Source of the DNA: Stylophora pistillata
Taxonomy: Eukaryota
Length of the DNA: 64,000 bases
Direction of reading: 5' to 3'
NCBI RefSeq assembly: GCF_002571385.2
Contig: NW_019217891.1
Span: forward strand, 363,850 to 427,849
The notes beneath the pieces were generated by a model. That model searched no databases, was not told the origin of the DNA, and worked only from the letters and a program-made list of their open reading frames with translations. How positions within the stretch are numbered: the first letter of the stretch is position 1; each line of letters opens with the position of its first letter. Of this stretch, positions 11,501 to 21,887 are shown in pieces. The translations under genes and the position numbers were made by a program.

Positions 11501-13514
11501 GTAAGAGAAAATGTATTTATTCTAGATGTATTTGAACACTGGTACAACTGGAAAGGATTTTCACAGTAACCAAATTTGCTGAGGTCTGACGGAGGGCAAA
11601 CGATCGAAATGCTAGCTTAATAAATTCGCCTCTGTGACCAATTTTCAGTAGGAACTCGGTTGATTAATAATCGGAAAATAGTTTTGATGATTCGTACTCA
11701 GATTCAGAATTCTTAGACATATGCATTAGCATCTTGCCGACTTCACCTCGCTTACTTGGTTTGACCTGCAAAGTTTGTTCTCGATGTATTTGACGAGGAT
11801 TTGGGAATACTTAAATCAATAAATTGTTTCGCAACAGTTTCTTCAGCCTTTTACGTCTCTTGTCTTTCCCTACACTTCTTTGGCGCTCTAGCCGCCTCCT
11901 GCGCACTTTACAACAGAATAAAGCACAGACAAGGCTTCTCTGTTTGTTAACTAACGGACGAAAACTTAAAGAGCTTAACATGTTCAGACGAAATGTCTGA
12001 GTGTGTTTAGTTTCTTTAAAAAAGTTCATCGTCGGAATGTTGTCGCCGGCGGAGTTATTTAAACTGGTCAATTCATGCAAAGAGTGTGTTGTTAAGTCGC
12101 ATGACTTCAGCCTTCGACCCTAATACATATTATGAAAAACAGACAGAGAAAAACAAACTCACTCACGCATAACTCACGAAGTAATTAAATTTTATTACAC
12201 GACTCGGGCAGTCAGAGGGCTAATAACTAAAATCAACCAATCAAAATGCTCTATTACCGGTCCAATATTCTCTAAGTATTGGACCGGCACTGTCCCGAAT
12301 GGTCCCGAATGATACTGCACTTGTGTCCCTTTNNNNNNNNNNNNNNNNNNNNNNNNNNNNNNNNNNNNNNNNNNNNNNNNNNNNNNNNNNNNNNNNNNNN
12401 NNNNNNNNNNNNNNNNNNNNNNNNNNNNNNNNNNNNNNNNNNNNNNNNNNNNNNNNNNNNNNNNNNNNNNNNNNNNNNNNNNNNNNNNNNNNNNNNNNNN
12501 NNNNNNNNNNNNNNNNNNNNNNNNNNNNNNNNNNNNNNNNNNNNNNNNNNNNNNNNNNNNNNNNNNNNNNNNNNNNNNNNNNNNNNNNNNNNNNNNNNNN
12601 NNNNNNNNNNNNNNNNNNNNNNNNNNNNNNNNNNNNNNNNNNNNNNNNNNNNNNNNNNNNNNNNNNNNNNNNNNNNNNNNNNNNNNNNNNNNNNNNNNNN
12701 NNNNNNNNNNNNNNNNNNNNNNNNNNNNNNNNNNNNNNNNNNNNNNNNNNNNNNNNNNNNNNNNNNNNNNNNNNNNNNNNNNNNNNNNNNNNNNNNNNNN
12801 NNNNNNNNNNNNNNNNNNNNNNNNNNNNNNNNNNNNNNNNNNNNNNNNNNNNNNNNNNNNNNNNNNNNNNNNNNNNNNNNNNNNNNNNNNNNNNNNNNNN
12901 NNNNNNNNNNNNNNNNNNNNNNNNNNNNNNNNNNNNNNNNNNNNNNNNNNNNNNNNNNNNNNNNNNNNNNNNNNNNNNNNNNNNNNNNNNNNNNNNNNNN
13001 NNNNNNNNNNNNNNNNNNNNNNNNNNNNNNNNNNNNNNNNNNNNNNNNNNNNNNNNNNNNNNNNNNNNNNNNNNNNNNNNNNNNNNNNNNNNNNNNNNNN
13101 NNNNNNNNNNNNNNNNNNNNNNNNNNNNNNNNNNNNNNNNNNNNNNNNNNNNNNNNNNNNNNNNNNNNNNNNNNNNNNNNNNNNNNNNGTCGGAATGTTG
13201 TCGCCGGCGGAGTTATTTAAACTGGTCAATTCATGCAAAGAGTGTGTTGTTAAGTCGCATGACTTCAGCCTTCGACCCTAATACATATTATGAAAAACAG
13301 ACAGAGAAAAACAAACTCACTCACGCATAACTCACGAAGTAATTAAATTTTATTACACGACTCGGGCAGTCAGAGGGCTAATAACTAAAATCAACCAATC
13401 AAAATGCTCTATTACCGGTCCAATATTCTCTAAGTATTGGACCGGCACTGTCCCGAATGGTCCCGAATGATACTGCACTTGTGTCCCTTTAAACTTCAGT
13501 CGTATAATAAATCT

Positions 13515-13660
13515 CTTATTAACCAAGCTTGCTCGGGACCGTACTGGAAGAATATCAGCCCTCGGTCTTTTTTTTACGGACCGAGCGCAGCTCGGTCCGT
13601 ACTGTCATGACCTGAGGCCGATATTCTCCCAGTACGGCCCTCGCGCTTGGTTAATAAGAT
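13515..13660. repeat. Hairpin MITE-like repeat (TTATTAACC...GGTTAATAA family)
   Basis: cttattaaccaagc...ccgtactgg...ccagtacgg...cttggttaataag nested inverted repeats. Confidence 0.65.
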
Positions 13661-14929
13661 ATATTTATGAACTCCTGGGTGCGTAAAGCAATTACGAATA
13701 AGTCTTTTAGCACTATTCAGGTCCTGGCTTTTTAACTCCTAAAACGTAACAAAAGTTTTCTATCCATAGTGTGCATTAACAGTCACCGGAAGGCGAAACG
13801 TTGAAATTTACCCACCAACATATGCATTTTAAGTTCATAGTTCTTCCAGCTCTCCAGAAGACACGAATTCGCCAGTCCTCGATTTCGATTTTGTGAAATA
13901 TGAGCCAACCTTTAGATTAACTTGGGAGCCAAACTGTACAAAAAAAGCCAGGTTTTACCGTGATAGATAACATGTTTACGAGCCAAATTTGGAGCGATGC
14001 TGTTTCCCTTTTTTTTAATTTTCAATTAGGTTTTGCGGAACATTTATATTTCCACGAAACGTTATTTATCTCGTTTTGAAGAAATAGCTAGGTTTCATTA
14101 CAAGACTTGAAAAGTTTCACTGCTCTTGTAAAGTTTTCATTTGAACAAGCCAAACCATTTCAGTTGAGTTGAAATGAGCCCCTCGACGTTAAATACGAAT
14201 AGAGGTCTGCCAATTTTTAACTCATCCATTGTGCAGGATAAAAAAAGTCGAACACGTTTTGGACTTCCTTGAAGATACAATAACTGGTATTTGAAGAAAA
14301 GTTTCAATTTTAAATACTTCAAGCACCCATGTTTCCTACATTTTACACTTTGATTCGTTCGAGATCTTGTTACTTCAAAAAACTGTGTTGCAAAATTACT
14401 TAAAAATTGTTAGAAACTCTTATAAAATTCGTAAATTCTCTCATCAAATTAATAGTAGCGAAGCTTGTGCGGGTATTCCAAGGTTCAGTGGGTTGTCAAT
14501 AAAAATGATAAATAGTAATATGTTGGAAAACTTTGAATGTTTTCAAACTATAGCTAAGACACAACTGTAGGAAAATCTAACCTTGTCCTTCTGGTATAAG
14601 GGAAGCCAAAACAGTGAGAACGAAGCAATAGATTTACGAAGGCCATGTTCTCAGAAAACGCCCGCAGGTATAATTTCAGCGAACGCCGGCCACAGCGAGC
14701 TTTTAAACTTTAGGGAAAAATCAGGCAAAATATGACATCTGAAGATTATCATGCATTCAATACTCCACTCCATGACTATTCATGAGGCTCTCAGTGGTTG
14801 TCAGAAGTAGATTAGGTTCTTGATAATAATAATAATAATCTTTATCGAGGAAATTTTTTTTTACGAAAAGTGGCTTTCGAAAGGACCTCGAGGATTAAGA
14901 CTGAAATATATACATAAAATTAAATGAAA

Positions 14930-16330
14930 AAAATTATGTTAAGAAGTCACAAACATGTCGTTTGAATGTATTAGTATTTGCAGATTCTCTTTTTACCTGG
15001 CAAAGTGAATTAAAGTCATTTACAGCATGATATTCAGTTCTTTGTTTTCCCCTGAAGTTCCTCTTAATGCTGGCGAGTCTAAGATTGGCTTTATTTCTTG
15101 TGTTGTAATTATGTTGCTGTTGCTGTGTTACTGAAGTCAGTTCATGGTATGTAAATCCATTTATATATTCGTATACATACACACAACAACAAAAACAACA
15201 ACAACAACAACAATTTATTGATTTACAACAATTACAATTTGAGAAATGCCTACCCACAATTAGTTAAAAAGAACTAGTCGAGGCGGGTAGGTATAATTAA
15301 GTTAGACCTATCACTGATACTTACAAAGATTTCGAATTGGCAGTTCAGATGACACTACGAAAACAGTAGTTCAAATTACAATAAATAATAAATTAAAATT
15401 AAAATAATTAATTTAATGATAATAATAACAGGAAAATAGAAAGAGACTTCGCTATACTGGTCGTAGCTGGAGGATTGATGGGGTTTACAAATTTTTAATT
15501 ATTTCAAGAATTGACGATGATGTAAGATACAAGTTCTGTTGTTTGAATATATTAAAAAGTATTTCATGGAAACGCATTTTTTCTAAGGGTATCCACTTCA
15601 GAGTCGCTAATGTATGCGACGCAGATGAATACAACATTTTTTCTAAGGGTATCTGACGCAGATAAATACGCATTTTTTCTAAGGGCATCCAATTCAGAGT
15701 CGCTAATGCATGCGACGCAGATGAATACAGCGGACGATCTAAAATGATTTTAGCTGCCTCATTTGCAAAACTTGTAGGCTAGAGATTAAAATTACATTGC
15801 CCTTGTCACCCCAAACTAGATCTGCGTACTCAACTAAGGGCATGACAAGACTTTTAGAAAAAAGGATGCGCGCCCTAAACGGTAATAAATGCTTAATACG
15901 CCTAAGTAGACCAAACCTTTGGTTAATTTTCCTTGCAATGTATTCGACATGATTAGTCCAAGTAAAATCAGACGATATTAAAATTCCAAGATATTTAAAA
16001 CAACTGAAATTATTCGCATAATGGTGAAAAAATTGACCCAGTTAGAGCTTCTTTGCTTTCCACTTTCCTGTTACTGCCTATGAGGATACATTTGGTTTTG
16101 TCCAGATTCAATGCTAACTTACTCGGTTCGTTTGGCCATTTTGCCACCGCTCGGAGGTCTTGATTGAGCCAGTCAGTCAACTTCCAGGAGAGAGTAGATC
16201 ATCGTGTCGTCTGCATAAAGTGACGCTTGACAGGCACCTTTGACGCTTGGTAAATTGTTGATGCAGATGACAAAAAACAGGAGGCCCAAAATACTTCCCA
16301 GAACCCCGTGGGTGACTGACCGTGTTCTTC
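14930..16330 (-). mobile_element. L2/CR1-type LINE, degraded 3' part of the reverse transcriptase ORF
   Basis: Minus strand shows VTHGV-LGSILGLLFFVICINNLP (GVPQGSILGP motif, ~16245-16315), VTLYADDT (~16200-16225), YSSASHTLATLKW and HNYNTRNKANLRL...FNSL...TFKRHV. Many stops and frameshifts. Confidence 0.8.
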
Positions 16331-17188
16331 TAGGATAGAATTGGATGGTGAAACTCAGTTACATGTATATACTACGTATCAGTGGCCTTCAAGTTGTCCT
16401 CTATGTACTTTTCCAGTTGACTTGATAATTATGTCGGCGTGAGTTTAACGTATGGGACTTAGCTGATTGAAGACTGTTCATCAACTGTATACAAAAATTA
16501 AGAAAACCAAGCATTTTGGCCAAATTTAACGAATGAAATAGATGCATAATAAAATATCACCCTCATCTTATTTTAGTTTGCAATCGATTCAACAGCAACT
16601 TCAAAAACATAGCATTGTTTTTCTTATGGTAGTCTTGGGTTTATGAGAGCGAGTAAAAAAATGATTTCGGTGCAGACAAACGATTTTGTGTCATCTAGCA
16701 TTTCCAAGGGAGGTGTTTTCAGTTTCTATAACTGAGAATACTAAAGGGTTGGGCGTTTTCTTAAAACAAACCTTAAAGATGCTTAACTTCCCTCCCCCCA
16801 AAAAAGAAAAAAGTTTTGATTATACTGAGATAGATAATAAAAAAAAAAAGAGTCTCACATCTCTACCGCTCCGAAAAAAAGTGAAAAGAATGAAAAGTGG
16901 AATACATCATTGGTACATACATACATACATACATACATACTTTATTGCATAGCTCCCCCCTGGGGGCTCTTCCGCCATACATGAATATAAGATATTAAGT
17001 CATAAAAACGTCATAATAAGATAACATGATATTNNNNNNNNNNNNNNNNNNNNNNNNNNNNNNNNNNNNNNNNNNNNNNNNNNNNNNNNNNNNNNNNNNN
17101 NNNNNNNNNNNNNNNNNNNNNNNNNNNNNNNNNNNNNNNNNNNNNNNNNNNNNNNNNNNNNNNNNNNNNNNNNNNNNNNNNNNNNNNN

Positions 17189-17408
17189 TCTATCGTCCAT
17201 CGTCTATCGTCCATCGTCTATCGTCCATCGTCTATCGTCCATCGTCCATCGTCTATCGTCTATCGTCCATGGTCTATCCTCTACCGTCCATGGTCTATCG
17301 TCTACCGTCTATCGTCCATCGTCTATCGTCTATCTTCCATCGTCTATCGTCTATCGTCTATCGTCCATCGTCTATCGTCTACCGTCTATCGTCTATTGTC
17401 TATCGTCT
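17189..17408. repeat. 7-bp tandem repeat (TCTATCG/TCCATCG)n next to an assembly gap
   Basis: Directly visible heptamer array. Confidence 0.95.
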
Positions 17409-17659
17409 GGGTTTTAGTACCTGCCTAACCAAGTTTCCCATCATGATTTGCCAAAATATCTGAGCGATGACTCGCAGAGGCTGCAAAAAACGGGCTGGCA
17501 AGAGCATCTATAACAGTTAACCATTCTGCGAAGCCCTAGGTCAATACGGCCTCTGTACCTATTTTTAATCGAGAGAAGCAACGCCCTTTAAACTGTTTGA
17601 AAAGATTACTGCTGACTCACAGCATACGCTCCCGAAACTCCTCCCGTCTAGTAGTGTTA

Positions 17660-18080
17660 CCACAACAACTTCATCTTGTCGGCCGTTAGGGATGCAGGGA
17701 AACGAATTGGTATTGCAGTCATGTGGTTTGACTTTTTTGAACCCCAGTATGGAAAAGATGTCTGTGATAGGATTCTTTGCCCAAAGAAGTCATCAATCCA
17801 AAAATACTCTAACGAGGGTATGCGTGCAGCACTCTCAGAACGTCCTATTAGAGGTACAACTGCCTGCGTTTACTAAATGAACGAAACTGAAAAACACTTG
17901 AAGTACAAAAGATAGGCGGTTTTAGTAAATATCACAACTTCAAGTTGGAGGGGGGGAGAATGCAAATACGGAGAGCTTATGGCATCAGGCAGGGAAGGCT
18001 GATTCCTTACCAAGATTAAGTCGTCTGGCCTCAAGGTCCTACAGGCCTCGTCAGCAAATGAAAAATTATTTCCAATCAAG
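17660..18080 (+). mobile_element. Degenerate DNA-transposase-like fragment (family unresolved)
   Basis: RIGIAVMWFDFFEPQYGKDVCDRILCP...MRAALSERPIRGTTACV; the E-x-Q-x-GK-x2-CDR motif resembles cnidarian transposase-like ORFs. Internally deleted and frameshifted. Confidence 0.45.
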
Positions 18081-19899
18081 GAGGTTCGGCTCCATAAGAC
18101 GACAAAAAATAGTGTACCCCTTTGGACAGCACGTATTCAAAGGGATCAATTGCGCAACACACCTTCTAGTACCAGGCACGAGGAGTTTCGTGTTTCATTT
18201 CGCGTGAGTTTTCACTTTCAGCGTTCACCAGAGATTGTGTACTGTTTCGTTTTTCTTTCCAATGGGTCGTCAAAGTAGGTGTCAGCTTGCAAAGAGTTTT
18301 AACTCTCCTGGACGACCGAAGTCATGAGCAAATTTTTTTTAAGTCTGCTCATGACTTCGGTCGTTCAGGAAAGTACTGTGTACTGGTCCAGGTTGCAGTG
18401 ATAACGAACAGGCCGACCTCGCGGAGGTTGAAGAGCTAACGAATACTGAGATTACTCCTCCTACCGACGAACAGGGAGCTGCCGCTTCTTCTCAACCATT
18501 GTTGCACTCTTTGGCCGAATCGGTGAAGCTTTTGTCCTCTGAAATGAAGGCTCTTCGACAGGAGGTGATTGGTCTTTTTTCCTGTTCTGATCCAGAATAT
18601 GGTGTTCAAGAAATTCAGTAAATTAGAAAGTCATCTTGATGTAGGGGATCGCCGCCAAATTCTCCGAAATTCTGATACAGTGTTTGACAAGAAAAAACTG
18701 GGTGGAGAAATTCTTCAATGTTACCGACGAAGAAATCGATAGCGCATCGGCAAGAAGCTGGTAGTCCCAGCAGTGATGTGCAGCTTAACAGCCTGGCACT
18801 ACATAAGCCACGAAGCATGGAAGTCGTGCGTTTCACTTCTAAAGTTAAAGACAGATCCCGGAAAAGTAGCTACAGATATCAACGACAAGAAACCCAGACA
18901 GCTTTCGCATGTTTGAAAGGAAGGACTGGCTAACGAAGACTCAAGTGCAGGGGTTTTTTTCGAGATTGGCGGCCGCAAGAAAGAGACAGGGAAGCTGAGA
19001 AATTGAGGTGGAGGAAGTTTATGCAGAGGAAGAGGACNNNNNNNNNNNNNNNNACTGATAGGAAAAGGTCTAGACTTTTCAATAAAAATGTAGAACATTG
19101 TTTGATCCGTTTTGGTAAGGACTTGTTCGGCGTACACGGGGTTCCAAGTACTTTTTTCAGAACATATCGAGGAATAGAGCTTTACTTTTCTGGTAGCAGA
19201 GAGAATAGTTGATAAAACAAAGAAAATATCAAAATAAGAGGAAAATAGCTAAAACATAGAAGCGTAGCTTCAAATTCTTCGGTCGACTCAATCAATTAAT
19301 ATTTTGAAATCCTACATGAATCACGCGATGTAAGTAAACCTCTCCAAATTCGTTTACTTTATATAATCTATTATAACTAAGTAAGAAAAAGCCATTTAAA
19401 TTTAAAGAGACAAATAAACAGTGAATCATCGGTGTTGATTATCAAAACTAAGAAAACTTAATTCATATGTCTTTTAGTGGCCACTGATTTTGTATTTTAC
19501 CTTTTTTACTTATTTTTACTATTTTACGGCACACGTAAAAATATGGGCATTTCAACGTGCTTGCCGCCTGAAATCGACATCGTCATAATCATGTCTTCAA
19601 AAAAATTACTTTTTGGCTCATAATGAGGTAAGTGCTAATATGAATTACAGTGAAAATAGGAAAAGTATCACTCTTGACACAAACATTTCTGTGCGATGTA
19701 GTTAAATATGAATCCGTGACATTTTCAAAGTAAAGAGCGTGACACGTGACTGAATCAACCCATTCACGGGGAGATGTTGTCAAGCTTTGGTAAGACATGG
19801 AGTTCTCTTCATAATGACATATTTTGAATGACCGTTTCCAAGTCTGTAAGTGACAGCGATTTTACTTTTTTCATACCATAAGACAGCGGTCAAGACTAA

Positions 19900-20880
19900 C
19901 TTAATGGTATTTTGTCAACATGTTCCCCTAGCCCCAATGAGACAGTTAAACGTAATGTCCGGCACACAGATGTTCAGTTGTACCTTCGTAATTGCTAGAT
20001 TTGGAGCAAGTTTGGACGAATTTATGGACATCCAGTCGATATTTCTTGGTGCTCTTAATACCAAAAATGATCGAATCAAGCTTACTCATTGTATTAGCGA
20101 CAGTAGTATTTCTTTTCTAGATCTTTGTCTGTGTAAGGATAATTACTCAAGCGTGCTGCAATTTTCTACGTATCAGATGCCTCTTAACAAATATCTCTGC
20201 ATACCATTCGAGTCGTTTCACCCCTCTAGCAACAAGAAAGCTTTTATAAAAAGGGGAGCTTATGAGATATGCTAGAAACAGTTCTTCCTTTAAGTCTTTC
20301 TGTGAGACTAGGGATAAGTTCTGGAAGCGACTGCGACTTAGAGGCTATCCTTTTAAGTTTTTACTGCCGCTGTTTCACGGTGTGCGTTACCGCAACAGGG
20401 AGACCTGGATCTTCCGGCCACCTAAACATAGATCTCGGCCAAACAGGACTCTTGCCTCTAAGAATACGTTCAACCGCAGTCACGCCCGTATTAAGAAGGT
20501 TATCAGTGATATTCTGCCAGACTTAGATTGTACTGTGTGTTACAAGAAAACTGTGACAATAGCTAATCTATGTAAGTAAGTTTTTTGGGGACCACGGTTT
20601 TAGCTAAAAGCGTGGCACCCAAAATATTTTTCTCACCTTGCCTTACACGTGTTAAATTTTTCATAAATTTTTCACAACTTCGCCTGTTCTTGTTCGTAAG
20701 TCCGGCCAAGCCTTTACGGTCATCGGCCCCTGTAACTTTGGCTTATAAATACAGGCGTTTAGTCATACTTGTAAAACTCCCTGAAGAAGTCTACGACAGT
20801 TAGACGAAACGCGTAGGAAAATACAAGAAGTTTTACAACTACTGTTCGCAGAAGTGCTGCTCACTAGTCTATAATTAAAA
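19900..20880 (+). mobile_element. Penelope-like retroelement 3' part (RT C-terminus/thumb, frameshifted) with terminal hammerhead motif
   Basis: IKLTHCISDSSISFLDL...FSTYQMPLNKYLCIPFESFHPSSNKKAFIK, frameshift, GELMRYARNSSS...FWKRLRLRGYP is the PLE RT thumb signature. The ORF stops at 20579. Confidence 0.85.
20778..20818 (+). ncRNA. Minimal type I hammerhead ribozyme motif
   Basis: TCC-CTGAAGA-A-GTCTA(cgacagt)TAGAC-GAAA-CGCG-TA-GGA: stem I TCC/GGA, stem II GTCTA/TAGAC, palindromic ACGCGT stem III. Confidence 0.7.
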
Positions 20881-20889
20881 AATTCAATT

Positions 20890-21107
20890 TCAATTANTTC
20901 CAAATGTAAATTAAAATAATTTGTCGTCGCGGTTTCGGTTCGCAGACGACGCAAATTTTGGGGATTTCACGTTGTTGTTTTGCAAAGGACGGCTAAGAAA
21001 TGTACAAAGTTTTAAAACTCTCGTGCTGGGCTATTGTTCTGTCAATTAGATCTATTCTTTTTCCACGTTCTCGTTGCCGTCGCCGTCGTGGTTTGCTTAA
21101 ATTCCCC
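20890..21107. repeat. Partial Harbinger-like MITE (same family as 53543-54005)
   Basis: ccacgttctcgttgccgtcgccgtcgtggtttgcttaa is the reverse complement of the start of the 53543 element. Confidence 0.65.
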
Positions 21108-21887
21108 ACTAAATTGAGACAAACCCTCCGGCTGATCTCTTTTTTCTCTGTATATCTCTACAATGAGTAATTACATGCGGAGGCGTTGCAAGTCAATTGC
21201 TTTTACTACTTCACTGCATCACGGATTCTGCTAAATTGACACAAGCTGCGTACAGATTGGGCTTATCTTGGCGGTTATTAGTGATATATACATACTGGTT
21301 ACATTAAGCTAAAAGATAAAATTAGCATGCAGTTACAAGTTTAAAGTTAAATTACCTAATACAAAAGCAAGCACAGCAATTATACAGCTTCTAAACCTCG
21401 GAGTGGCAGAGTTAACGTTGTAAAATGTTCTGAAGGAAACCGATTTCAAATGCAAAGAAAAATATACGATACGTAGCTGATAACTACCTTGTTACAGGTG
21501 TTCACCAAGTTTACAGTGGAATGAGATGCAAAGCGACCTGAAGCAACCGAAGACTTCACATGGCTCCTTCCCCCTCCCCCCATCGGCTGGTACTAAGGTG
21601 CCATCGTATACAAACTGAACCCCTGAAATAAATTACAATGCTATTGGAAGATCAGTCTCCATTTATCACCCGATAGGGTGAAGGGTTGGAAGATTTTTTT
21701 TTTAGGGGGGGGGGTCATAAGAATATTACAGAGGCTCACGAGGGGTGGGAGGGAAGATAAGGAGCGTGCTATCGTGATACAACCAAAATCTTCCCCCCCC
21801 TCCCAGTACTTGCAAGCGATAAATAATGGCCTATCCCTTAAGTGTTTAGCATACGGTGCGCTAAAAAATTAAAGAGTCAACGGTATT

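Noticed and set aside
12029-13490. Identical ~300-bp repeats (12029-12332 and 13189-13490) and long 'ORFs' spanning them
   Set aside because: The repeats flank an N-gap exactly, the usual signature of unmerged contig overlap; the ORFs consist of Ns.
17026-17463. ORF with repeated (YRLSSIV) peptide
   Set aside because: It is the translation of a 7-bp tandem repeat plus Ns.
18300-19020. GC-richer stretch with a short palindrome (18307-18370) and broken ORFs, possibly a retroelement 5' region
   Set aside because: I could not identify a diagnostic motif, so it is left unassigned.
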